DNA of 64,000 nucleotides, taken from NCBI GenBank assembly GCA_907165135.1, contig OU015568.1, positions 186,001 through 250,000 on the forward strand. The letters run 5' to 3'. The stretch is from Oikopleura dioica. Lineage: Eukaryota > Animalia > Chordata. The notes below the pieces were generated by a model, which saw only the letters and a program-made list of their open reading frames with translations, was not told the DNA's origin and did not search any database. The position numbers were made by a program, and so were the translations under genes. Positions 38,201 to 49,904 of this stretch are shown piece by piece (the first letter of the stretch is position 1; every line of letters starts with the position of its first letter).

Positions 38201-39800
38201 CCTCTCAGGTATTTCGTTTCCCTTAAGACGCTTTTTATAAATCTGAATAGACTATCAGACGGCTGGTACGAAATCAAATGCGATGGCGATGCTTTGATAA
38301 AGCAACGTCTTGAAAAACTACCAATCGGTTCCAAAATCCTCATTTGTGGTGCAACTCTTGCCAGAGACGCTCAAGCTTCACACCCGTTGAAGAATATTTC
38401 CGAAATTCAAATAACCGCCAATTCCACGAAGCGCGTCAAATGGCATACGAAACTTGGGCCGTTTTTTAAAAGCGTTCCGCCTTCGACATTATCTTCCATT
38501 TCCTCCTCTGGCGGGAGTATTTACAAGCTGAAGCTGAAAATAACAAGAAAGTACCCAGATATTTGGCTTCAAGACAAACCAGGAGATAGACGAGTAGTTT
38601 TTTCAAAAAGACAGCGAGATCGATGGCTTGCTCAGAAAGAAAAAGATCTGGACAAGCAAAGAGAATCGCTAGCAGCAAGTATTAGGTATTATTACGATAA
38701 AATAGAGGATTTTATTCAATTTTTCGAAGGAAGAAACATCGAGAAAGCCTCAACGAAGATCTATCCAACTTGAAAATGAAAGAAATCCGCGTACTAGAAG
38801 ATCCAGAAGAGATTTACACCGCGGTGACACTTTCAAAAGACCGAGAACATACATTTTCGAACTTGACTGAAGAGCAACGGCAGAAATACCGAAGTAAGCA
38901 CGCCTTTTTACGTTCAACAATTCCCAATCACGCTTTTTTCAGAATTCGCCGAAGAGCAAAAGTTCAAGATAAACGAATCTCTCGAACGTGAGCTGCGACA
39001 ATCAAGAGGAAAAACGACGAAGAAATTGAGATTTAAAGTCAAGGAGGGAAATAGAACAAGTATTCTGCAAATCGACGAGAGCAAACTGCGCGACGAATCT
39101 TTGAAAGCGGGATCTATCGGTAATTTGAGCGTTTTAAGTCCCAATCTCAAAAATGTGGATTTTAGTGATCGTTGAAATGGCAAACATCGGATATAGAGGC
39201 CAAATCGTAATCCAGAAAAACGGGACCGTCCGTGTTTTTGATCACGAATCCGTGAAACCTGAGTTGCCCGCAGAATACTCAAAAATCCTCCACGAAATCC
39301 CTGTGACCACGAAAGAGGTTGACATCGTCGGAATCGTTGTTCATCTTACACCTTCCTCATGCGTACTTGCTGATAATAAGAAGCAGTTTGTCACTGTCCA
39401 GTTAGACAAAAGTACTTGGGACTTCGAAGCTCTCAACAAAATTGTTCTTGTCGGAGCTGTACTCGGTAATTATCTGTCAAACAAACACTCTTAACTAGCC
39501 AACTCTTAGCGTTTAAAAATTTGGAAGTCGGCCGCCAAAAAGCAGCGCAACTCAAATATACCCACGTTTCCGAAGTACTTTCGAAGTTGTCCGACTTTCA
39601 GGGCTCTAGCGGCGCGCTTTTCAACCTCTTCAATGCTTACAACAAGGTGCTCGCTCGCTCCGGTCACGAGAACCTCATTTCTGCCTTTCGATCTTCTTCC
39701 AAATCTTCGTCCTTTTCTACACCAACGCGCCCATGCCGAATTCTTCAATAAAGCCTACGACGCCCGTTACTTCCAGAAAACCGCTCGGAAATGCCCATCG
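35216..39800 (+). CDS. BRCA2: BRCA2-like protein (BRC-like motif, helical domain, OB1-OB3), interrupted by a MITE and two apparent 1-nt frameshifts
   Basis: INWVENHAKLVKQKLA, LSDGWYEI, GSKILICGA, ITANSTKRVKWHTKLG, LSSISSSGG, TRKYPDIW, IRVLEDPEEIY, EVDIVGIVV. BRC-like LFTTGAGSSI at about 36208. Introns at 38210-38251, 38686-38729 and three more downstream. Confidence 0.85.
37050..37210. mobile_element. Tc1/mariner-type MITE (161 bp) inside the BRCA2-like coding exon
   Basis: 15-bp perfect TIR CAGTGGGTTGCGCAG; TA TSD at 37048-49 and 37211-12. Removal fuses ORFs 35749-37068 and 37253-38773 in frame. Confidence 0.9.
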
Positions 39801-40096
39801 AATCAGCTGGAAATGACAGAAGAGAAGTCGTCCCGCACGAGCTTCCCTTCCAACCTAACCTCAAATTAATCAAGTTCAATATTATTAAGTCTCATCCCCT
39901 TCCTGTCCCATTTTTCTCGCTTCCATGAAACATGTTCGATAAGTTAACAAATCACTTATTATTGAATATTACTATTATATGTGTGTCAATTATTTGATTT
40001 TTGCAAATAAAACTCACTCACGAATCCACTCAAAACATGTCTTGAAAGGGCTGAATTCTTTCAGCAGAAATTCTAAATGTCTCAGTTTTCAGAGAA

Positions 40097-41014
40097 ATGG
40101 CAAGGGTGAGGCGCAACGTTCGTTGGCTCAAGAAATATTTGAAGAAGACTGAAAATGAAAAGAGAGGTTTGAAGAAATTCCAATTTCTCCCGTCATTTTA
40201 TATTTTTAGTTGAGGCCAAGCCGGTGAAGTTGAGTTTTACGATCCAGAAAGCGCCGGAGAGGAAGAAAATCGAAATTGAGCCGCCGAAACCGAAGAAAAC
40301 AGAACAAACGAAGGATGTTGAAGAGCGGAAGACTGTTGAAGTACCAAAAGAATTTCAGAAAATTGCCAAGAAGTTTGGACTGCCGGAAGATCACCTCGAA
40401 TTCTTCTACGAGCACCGTGATTCCTTCAACTGGGAAATGAAGAAAGAATTCGTCGTTCATTGCAGCGAGCGTGGCTGCAAATTGATTGTTAACGAAGCTA
40501 GAGGATGTCTAAATGAGCACATGATCTCTGTTCACGATTATAAAGACATTCCTTGTGGTAAAATCGACTGTGCCTTCATTGCTAACTCTCAAAAGACTCT
40601 CAAAATGCACCATAGCAAATTTCATGGACACGAACAGAAACCAACCAAAGACGCACGGCTCTCTTGCCCTTATTCTTCCTGCAAATGTGTTTGCAAGGAT
40701 TCCCATAATTTGAGAAATCATGTTAACATTCACCGAAATATTGTGTTTTCCTGTAATTTCTGCCCTTTCAGAGCAGTCCAGCATAAAAATTATCTCTTCA
40801 CCTCAAGTCGCACTTCAACATCCGAGATTCTGTGTGTGAGATCTGCTCTAGTTCCTTTGCAACTCTCAGTCGTTTGAACGAGCATAAAATGCGAACGCAC
40901 AATAATGATGGTTTCGCTTGTGAAGACTGTGACTTTTCCTGTATGAAAAATTCTCAATATGTGAAACACCGCAAATCTTGCACAGAACGGCTCAAACACT
41001 CCAGAATCCTTTGA
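40097..41014 (+). CDS. C2H2 zinc-finger protein (about 6 fingers) with one -1 frameshift in an A5 run
   Basis: Intron 40167-40209. Fingers CSERGC..H..H, CGKIDC, CPYSSC, CNFC, CEIC, CEDC. One extra A at 40785-40789 joins the frames. Confidence 0.8.
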
Positions 41015-41626
41015 ATTTTTCGAATAAAACTCACTCACTCGCGATAGAATAGTTTTCTCAATGGTTCTCCTAAAATATATTTGTTGCTCTTTCAGAGTTT
41101 TTGTACAGAAATTTTTTTATCAGAAAATCTCGGTTTCTCGATTCAAGTTCCAAAATTCCCTCGATAAGAAACAGCCAATGGACGCGCCTTTATTCGCTTT
41201 TTTGCGCGTGAAATTCATTTCAAATTGAAAAATAAGAGAAAACTAGAAGAATTTCCTAAATAAACGAAAGAACACTTTTTTAAGAGATTTTTGAAATTGG
41301 TTCCGTCATTTGGTTCCTACTTTTTCTCGATATTTTTAATACAGACTTTACTCGAGCTTAAAATCTAGCAGTTATTAGGTTGTGATTGTTCTCTTATTTT
41401 ATTTCTATGATAATAACTAACTATTTGCATTTTTCAGAAGTGATATGAGAAAATGAGAGCCGTAAGGGAAGCAAAGCAAAGCCTCTCAAAGCTGAAGATA
41501 TGAAAAAAAGGTAAGAATCATCTTCAAATAAGAAAAAAATAGACAAAATCGCTTTGAATTAATCGATTTTCGGGCTCGTTCTTTGAATAATCAGGTGTTT
41601 CACGCGTTTTATGACGGATAAAGCTC

Positions 41627-41723
41627 GGCTCGACAACCTATTAAGAAAACCTGAGTCAGGGCCCCAGATAGTTTGGATGAAAAGCCGCGTGGCCGCTTTC
41701 TTATAAGTGAATCCGCAAAGCGG
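41627..41723. promoter_or_regulatory. Composite motif module, copy 3 (reverse orientation)
   Basis: GGCTCGAC(41627-34), 17 bp, TGAGTCA(41652-58), 18 bp, ATGAAAAGCCGCG, then CCGCAAAGCGG. Confidence 0.45.
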
Positions 41724-41979
41724 CTTCGCAAAATAACCTGCTCCCATCATCAAAAAAGCCGCGGAGGGCTTATAGATAGAAATAATTCAGATACTAACTC
41801 AGGTTTTTTCAATTTGTTATTGATTTTTGTAGCTTTACCTTTCTTGAAAGGCATAAAACAGGCGCTTATACATAAATACTTGGAGATATAGACCGAAATT
41901 CGAAATTTTGATTGGTTTCTTTAATATTTCCTTTCTTTGAGCGTCTTTCATTAATTTCCAGAGCTAAAATGAACTTTTA

Positions 41980-44657
41980 GAGGCGAGAATATTCGGCGAA
42001 AATGCGAGAGAAGCTGGAAACGACTTTCTCGACAGCGACGAAAACGAGCGACATCGTCAAGCTTCTTTTATCCGCGAACAAAATCGTTTCCTCAGACACA
42101 AGAAAAGCGAACATGGCTCCATTCTGCATCGTGCTAGAAAACGTCCTCACCAAAATCATGGAGCTCATTATAAAGTTCGAAGAGAGAACTCTTCTTTACA
42201 CTGTAACTGATTAAAATATTTTAATTTTGATTTTTTTAACATTTTAATTTTTCACTTCAATAAACACTCCACGCCTACAAAAAGCGGATCTTCAAGAGTT
42301 TTCATTTCAGAAATAAGTGATAACGGGAGCGAATCTTATATTTTCTTTACCACTTCTGCGGGTAAATCGTTGTTGCCGACAACTTGTTGGTAGAGGTTCA
42401 TCTTTTGCGCCATTATTTGCGGACCCATTTCTCAGCAAGTACAAAAAGGCCTTCAAAGTTCTGAACAAGAAAACTGTCGGCATCTCTGGTAGACTTCATT
42501 TGATTCTATTCATCTTATTTATTTGCGTTTTTTCAGTCGATTTCGGCATCATTTGCGCAGCAAAGGAAGAGGACAAATTGAACTCGATGAAGAAGGCGGC
42601 GCGATTGACGACAGAAATCTTCAAAGAAGTTAACCAAACCAGCTTGATGGAAACGATCGACGATTGACAAGAAGATTCGCCACGTGAAAATGTCTGCTTG
42701 GATTGAGGACTCGCTCAAGAACCAGCGAAAGCTGCTCAGAATCGAGCTCAGCATTTGGAGCCTTGCTTCACGGCGATCATCCAGTCTGGTGGAAACTACA
42801 AGTAAGACCTTCGTCGTATTCTTCTTGGCTGGCCAATTTACCTAAGTTTAGTTTGAAGTACTCCGCTCAATAAGACAAGGAGTACATCCACTTCGGCACG
42901 ATCATTTGCTACAACAGTTGGACATTTGACACAAAAACTACTGCTCGAATATGGCGCGCGAGATCTTCGTCAACCCCAGTGAGAAACAGGAAGAGATCTA
43001 CACGACAGTCACTGAGTGGCACTCAGTGAGTGCATGGATCATATCATGGAGAAAATGACGCCGAGCACGAAGCCTTCAGAGCTTTACGAAGCGGTAAAGA
43101 GCTTCCTCAAGAAGCGCTAGAATCCAGAGCTGGCGGGCAAGTTCGGCAAAAACTTCGGATTCTGAATGGGCATCGTCTTCCGAGAATCAGCGCTCCCAAT
43201 TGCCAAGCCTCTCGAAGTGCTAGTCGATTTGTTGTTGGGCAACGAAGGTTTGGATGAAGAAGGCATTTTTCGCCTTCCAGGAGCGATTTCTAAGGTCAAG
43301 CAATTGATCGCCGCCCTCAATGCGCCCTTCTACAACGAAGCAGATTAAGATGAATTTTCTCCTTGCAATCAGACGCTGGCGTCTGCTCTCTAGCAATTCT
43401 TCCGCGACCTTGAATACCCTCTTCTTCGCAATTTCATGGATTCTGGCGCAATTCAACAAGCAGAAAGAATCCTGGATCAGTCGGAGCAGTTTGTCATGAT
43501 TTCCAAACTGATCTCGAAAATGGCCAGTCTTGACCGTTACAACTTGCCGTATCTCTGCCGCTTTTGCGGGGAAATCATGGAGAATCACGAGAAAACCTAA
43601 TGACAGCTCATGCTCTGGCAATCTGTTGGGCCTCGACGTTGATCGGCAGCACCACTACCTCCGGCCTCGGGACACTTTTCGTCCAGCGGCTGATTGAAGA
43701 AGCGCAGTATTTCTTCCCCGATGAGGACTACCCGCTTCTTCGGAACCAAAACCTCGATTTCGGTTTCTCCGAGCGCGCTGCTTTCCTACAATCTTAGAAG
43801 CAAAAGAAAGAGAACGTCAAAAATTCCGACTATAGTTTCCTCCCCCCGACGAGAAGTGATCCAAGTCCAATCAAAGCTAGAAAGAAGGCCGCGCCCAGGG
43901 TTTGAAAAGTCTGAGCATGAGCATGCTCAGAGCACTGAGCATGAGCACTGAGCATGCTCAGCGTGCTCAAGCTCAACGTTAATTCCAGCGTGTCGTGCTC
44001 AGCCGTGCTCAAGCTCAATGAAATCTGAGCATTCGCGTGCTCAGCCGTGCTCATGCTCAGTCAAACTTTGTGTCTTTTCAAACCCTGGCCGCGCCAACTC
44101 CGCCAAATGGAATTTCGCTGCATTCCACGCCACTGAATTCTCCTTCAACGCAAACGCCTGGAAAAGTACAAATTTTAAATTCTTCAACTCCTAATTTATC
44201 CGCCCGTCCCAGGTAAGTATCCTCCCTGCGAGTCATTTTTAACGAAAACTATCAGAACCAAGCCCCGGAATTCATTGGCACTGCAAGCCACGTCGCTCAG
44301 CCTGTCGCATCCCATCGCCGTCCCGTCAAATCGCCCAGCGCCACAACCGATTATGCAGGATTCGGTCTCATGGAAGAAGATCCTATCCAGTCTTCCTCCG
44401 AGCCCGCGGAATCATCTCGGGTGGGGGATACGAGCCTCGCTGATGAAATAACGAGCCAACTCGACAACATGTTCCGCAGCTCTTCGGAAAACAAGCCGAA
44501 TCCGATTCGTCCGCCAAAGCCGTCGTCGATAAAAGAGTTTGAAAATCAGCAGAAAAGACCAGAAGGTGAGGGAAATGGTGATCCAGAGGGGGAGAAGAAA
44601 GTGAAACTTAGACGCTCGAAATCTCATTCTTTTCAGCGAAAAAGGGAAAGTCTTTAA
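41980..44657 (+). pseudogene. RhoGAP-domain gene with a probable N-terminal RUN domain, decayed
   Basis: GLDEEGIFRLPG (Arg finger), QFFRDLEYPLL, NLPYLCRF, MTAHALAICWASTL. RUN-like FCIVLENVL and SAWIEDSL. Multiple stops and an exonic MITE. Confidence 0.75.
43896..44087. mobile_element. hAT-type MITE with CTGAGCATGAGC subrepeats, in a RhoGAP exon
   Basis: 14-bp TIR CAGGGTTTGAAAAG; 8-bp TSD GCCGCGCC at 43888-95 and 44088-95. Removal restores RKKAAPTPPNG. Confidence 0.9.
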
Positions 44658-45327
44658 TTTTCCTAAAATTGATGTTGATTGACCAAAATTATCCTATTTG
44701 AGAACCGAAAAATTGATCAAGAGAAAGGAAAGTCTCTATCTGAGCTTTTCCAGTATTTACAAAGACAGGACGCAAAAATTTTCTTAAAAAAACTCTTCCT
44801 GGAGTTCATCATATTTAAAAAATCTTGCGAAGGGAGCAAATTTAGCCGCAGAGCGTCAATTATTTCTGCGCCTCAATCGCCGAGAAAGATCGCCTCTGGT
44901 GATCCATTTTTTTGATGGACTTGAAGTCTTCTCTCGGCCCCGTTTTTGAACCCGACGGGACTCAGGTTGTAAAGACTAGGAATCAGAACCTTCTATCGAA
45001 AATTAAAACTTCTGAAATTTAGGACTCGTCAGTAAAATCATCAAAAAACTTCAACCAGCTCATCAATTTTTCGACAGGAATCACCATTTACGGTCTGCTT
45101 ACGACACGCTCCACCTTTGCTAATAATGATAACTCGTTATTATACATCCGCTTCTGCGTACGTTTTAATGCGCTAATCACCTCCTGACAGCGTCGAAAAT
45201 TATTGAGCGCGACTCAAGTTGAATAGTCAACATATGGAAAGAATCGTAAAATGTTTCCTTTAAAACCGAGCTGCAAATCCGACAATTATCAAACTAAGTT
45301 CAAATACAAAAAACGAGAGCCAAAAAC

Positions 45328-46710
45328 ATGAAGCTTTCGAAGTCTTCCCTTTTCGCGGCCGCTTTTGCCTGTCCCTGCCAAAAAATCGGCGAAGACGGCT
45401 TCGGAGAAGTGAGACCTGGAAACAACCATGCAGATCAGAGTTTTACCAAGTTCTACTTTCATGTTGATACGCCAATCGGTAACGAGCAAATTGACGATTT
45501 CAAATTCGTCCTCAAATTTGGCGGTGACATAGAGGTAAGCTTTATTCAAATAGCCTTCTTTAAAACTGAGATTGAATGAGATTGAGTTAACTAATTTTTA
45601 GAGCTTCACTCAATATTTCGCCGTCGACGATTTCAGCGACTCCACTTCAAACATCGTCAACATCACTCCCGGCCAAAACATGATCTCCGGCGACCCCTAC
45701 ACTTTCAACTTCGAAGCTCTGGCCGATTCTGACGAACTGGACGTTGATGTCTGGTTCTGCCCTTCCGTCAACTCACTTGATGGAGAAGAAGATTTTTCAA
45801 GCTGCGACGAAGACAACTCTTCTTCCCAGGAGCCCGATCATACAGAAGGGCCCCCGACTGATTTCCCAGAAGTTAGCTTTCCAGATCTTGAATGGACAGA
45901 AGTTGCAGGCCGCCGAGTCGCAGTTTCTTCGACACCTTTGAGTTACAAAAACGCGCGAAAAACATGTCGAATTTTAGGTTGGGCTCTGAAACCTGAGTCA
46001 ATTTTCTTAAATTCAGTAGCAAAGCGGAAATTTTTAAAATCTCTTATCTTTTTTATCAGTTTTCAACTAAAGTTTCTGAGCCCATTTTAGGCGGATCCCT
46101 TCCCTGGCCAAAAACGTCGGAAGAGAACGAACTCATCAATTCTCTTGGCTCAACATGGCTCGGATTCTCGATCGATGATCACGTGATGATGTCGTTTGAA
46201 AACTTCCAGCCAATTAAGACGCGGCCGTTTATGAATCCGAATGGATTCTGGTCCTATGGAGACATGGAGGTGGAGAAGAACTTCATTTGCGTGGAAGAGG
46301 AAATTGAGGGCTGTCCGGACGTTTTTGGAGAATTGAGCGAGCTGAATGGAAACTTGATGATCCGAGAAAGCCGAGAAGGAAGCTGGATGTCGTTTGAGGA
46401 CTGGCCTTTTCAGGGATTCAAGGCGAGGTCGCAAGTTCAATACTCCTGTCCTCAGAAGATCAAGACTTACAAAAAATGGAGAAAGGCAGTAAGTTTTTAA
46501 AAAAATACTTATCTTTTCAAGATATTCAAAAATTTCAAGAGCGATTCAAATTCTTTTCAGTCGAAAAAAATCCAGCTCACGTGCGTAAAAATGCAGAACG
46601 GGCAGTTTGACTGGGCCGAGTGCAACAACAAGAAATGCAGTTCTTTCAACCGGTGCCCCTGGCTAGATGAACCGATGAAGAGACAAATTGACAGCATGAT
46701 CTGTCAGTAA
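45328..46710 (+). CDS. Secreted protein with a C-type lectin-like domain and a C-terminal Cys-rich (sushi-like) module; intact 4-exon model
   Basis: Signal peptide MKLSKSSLFAAAFA; SYKNARKTCRILGGSLPWP..TWLG..W..NFIC. Introns 45535-45601, 45978-46090, 46489-46560 all preserve the frame. Confidence 0.75.
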
Positions 46711-47048
46711 CTTCGCTTTCCTTACCTTCTTTTGTTCAATAAAAAATTTTTTCTCCTTATTGGAACAATTTTAAGAGTACGGTCACCGGTTTAATAAACA
46801 GAACATTCATTCTTCCGTTTTGACAGCAATTGATTCAGATGCATGAAATTATAAGAACGAAATTCGACTTTTTCGTCCGTGATACAGAAAAAAATTTCGA
46901 TTTTGTTATCAGCTTCTTTCCGATTTTGAGAGTCTCATTTTTTCAACAAATTCTATCGCTTTTGGACCAGCATTTCTGAATTTTTTCCTCAAAACGATGC
47001 GTTTTATTTTCAGCAGCTCGTCGATGTAATTTTCGCAAGAATGAGGAT

Positions 47049-48058
47049 TTAGCGTAAAAATCTCGTCTTCGCTGAGTTGAAAATCCTGCGACGAATTGTC
47101 ATTACATGTGTGGCTCTTTTGGTTTCCATCTTGCTTTCATAATATTCAAAATAAAGGAGAATATTGACAAAACCGATCCTGAACCAGGGAATGAGCATCG
47201 GCACCAATGTTACTGGATCTGTTGTTACCCTCACTCTCAGATGCTTTTTCACCCTAGAATAATTTCGAAACAAGAAGCATTTTAAAATTTTACCTCTGTT
47301 GAAAGAGTTCTCTGAAATCAGAATTTCCAGGCTTTGGGCAGCCAAAAGTAACGACTCGAAAATTTTGATTTTCAAATTCCGCCGCAAGGTAAGCGCCAAA
47401 CATCGCTGCCACAGCGCCGCCCAGCGAATGGCCGGTTATCAGTATTTCATCGACTAAAGTTTCATTCAGGATCACTTCGACTCTGTTTCTGATTTTAGGC
47501 TTGAGCGCCAGGAACTGGTTGTAGAATCCAGCGTGAACCCTTGCCTCCGTGTCTTCGAACTTTCTCTTGAAAATGTTGAGATCTTGGATGATGTCCCGAA
47601 AGCTATGAGTTCCGGCGATCGAGATGACCAGGTAGGTCTTTCGTTTCTCGTTTGGTCGGTCGGGAATGCCTCTTTCGTTCAGAAGAAAGACCATCGCGTC
47701 CCCACTTGATTTTTCGTCCCGGAAAAACTACAAATTTTATTGTTTATTTTTTCGTTCTTGAATTTTCAACCTTGTATTTGATACATTCGAATCTTTTAAA
47801 AACCGTTTTAATCTCCTTTTGGAGAAAAATGTCATCTTTACCACGATCTTCAGGTTTTTCTTTTCGAATCTCTTTTTTCAATTGCTTCAAAGTTTGCGCT
47901 GTTTCGTAGCTGCAAGTTGCGAATCTGGCGGACATCAGAATTTTATTGATTCTGTCCAGGGACAGGTGTTCGTGTTGTTCTGGCTTCATTTTCAAAAAGC
48001 TTTTTCTCAAAATTCTAACGAAAATGCTAATTAAAATAGGCAATAAGAAAAGCTTCAT
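47049..48058 (-). CDS. Class 3 lipase (alpha/beta hydrolase)
   Basis: VISIAGT..DIIQDL, RVHAGF, ITGHSLGGAVA, VTFGCPKPGN, DPVTLVP. Hydrophobic N-terminus; two frame-preserving GT-AG introns. Confidence 0.85.
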
Positions 48059-48187
48059 CAAAACGACCTAAACTTTCATTATTTTCCGGATATTTTTAAA
48101 TTCTCTTTGCCGTTTAAAATTTGCCCTTTCAGACTCATCGTTAATTTTACGAGTTTGAAGGAAAATGATCGATTATCCTTAAAATTA

Positions 48188-48477
48188 CCATGAAGTTTAA
48201 CTCTTTTGGGAGAAAGCCCCTGGCTCCCTTCCCCGTATCCAGCGCAAATCACTGTTGTGGAAGTCTAGAAATTTTCTTTAACGCTTGCTTGGCGGCTTAG
48301 AAGAATCTCGAGATTCTGAAGAACAGAATCTGGAAAGTCCGAGCCAATGAGAGAGCCGAGAAGGGTTTGCGCGGCTTCTCCCCAAATTTAGGCACGCCCA
48401 GAATGAGCTACTGAAAAAGTAAGTGCATTTTTCAGTAGCTCAGATTCTCGATCTCCCCTAAGAGCTCAACTCCATGG
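48188..48477. mobile_element. TA-flanked MITE (CCATG(G/A)AGTT termini) upstream of the lipase
   Basis: TA at 48186-87 and 48478-79. The duplicated locus near 63710 shows the exact empty site. Same family as 58748-59601. Confidence 0.85.
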
Positions 48478-48676
48478 TAGTAGCCTCTCCTTAAAAAATA
48501 AAAATATTCTATCGATTATTCATTTTTCATAATAATCGAGTATAAGTTATACTGTATAACTCATCATTTGATTTGCCTTGAACTCATTATAAGATTCTCT
48601 TGCTCAATTAATTTGTTTTAACAAACCGATGTTTTTTGAGTTGGTCTTCACAAAGAATACTTTTCTTTTATACATG

Positions 48677-48881
48677 TAATAATAACACACAAACTTGGAA
48701 TTTCTCCTTGGAATTTAATCAGAAGAAAACCCGGCAAATGCTTGTTTTAGTATTTTCGGTCCCAATAACATTAACTATGGATTGCCATTTTTGCTGAATT
48801 CGAGCAGATGGCCCAACTGGTGTCCAATAAATAAATGTCCAATAAATAAATGTCCAATAAATTCGTATTCCGAAAATCGAA
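48677..48881 (-). repeat. About 205-bp dispersed repeat with a (TTA)n tail (retroposon 3'-end-like); twin at 56755-56962
   Basis: One mismatch seen between copies; internal 14-bp tandem TGTCCAATAAATAAA. Confidence 0.7.
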
Positions 48882-49189
48882 TTCAAAGAAATCATCGCTG
48901 ACCTCGAGTAAAATTTCAGCTCTTTATTTTCGTAAAAATCTCTCCGCTCGACAATCAACTTTTTTTACTGGCAACAACAACTATGAAGGATTTAATGAAC
49001 TTAATAAATCAAAAACACAAAACAAAAACTTTTCTTTTAGATATATCAAACGTTATACCATAGTTTATCATAAAACGCAATAATCGCTCGATACCAAAAG
49101 TGCCATCGAGTCAAGAGTATAATACAGTAAACCATGCGCTCGACAGACGAGTCAAAGGCGCTCCAGTTATCATTAAACATTATTTTCTT

Positions 49190-49500
49190 TGAGTGTTGTG
49201 CAGTACCACCGACTAACATCACTTCATTTTTTGGGAAAAGAATGGCTCGTCCATATTGTCGAGGGTAGCCTTTTAAAACTCCAATGCGGCTCCAAATATC
49301 ATTGAAGAGCCGCCAAACTTGTCGATGATCGCTTAATTATTTTAAATGAGACATTCGTCTTGTTCAAATAACCCTCCAGTCCAACCAGGAGAAATCACAA
49401 CTCCGAAGTTGCTCCAAACTGTTGAAAACTCTTGTACTCGACTATCAGGAAACGCGAGTTCAGGACAGGAATACCACCCCGTCTTTCGGCTTTGAGAATA
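49190..49500 (-). pseudogene. Kelch-like gene fragment
   Basis: NDIWSRIGVLKGYPRQYGRAILFPKNEVMLVGG. Confidence 0.35.
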
Positions 49501-49619
49501 TTGATTATTCATCATATTTAGAACATACTTATATCTGGCAACAGCACTATTATCTTGCTCATTTTCATAGGTTGTTTCATTATAATTATAATTATTTCCT
49601 TTTTAGTCATAAAAATAAG

Positions 49620-49882
49620 GGGGAGGTGTCTGGAACCGACAAAAAAATCCCGACAAAAATTTTCAATTTTTTCATGTAAATTTCAATCGCCCACCAATAC
49701 CTGATGCGCTAGCGAAAATTTCTCAAAACTGCCTAGAAATGTCCACTGTGGCCTGAAAAAGCCATTTCTGCATAGTTTTAAGAAAAAAATTCTTCTCAAA
49801 AAATTTCAAGAGTATTTTTTCTGAAGTGTCTTTTTTTGAAAATTTTTGTCGGAATTCTTTTGTCGATTCCAGACACCACCCC
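49620..49882. mobile_element. MITE with GGGG...CCCC termini and 8-bp TSD
   Basis: TIR GGGG(A/T)GGTGTCTGGAA(C/T)CGACAAA; TSD AAAATAAG at 49612-19 and 49883-90. Confidence 0.85.
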
Positions 49883-49904
49883 AAAATAAGACTCCTATTT
49901 ATTT

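Noticed and set aside
43830-44054. ORF MSTAEHANAQ... with repeated TAEH units
   Set aside because: Translation of MITE subrepeats.
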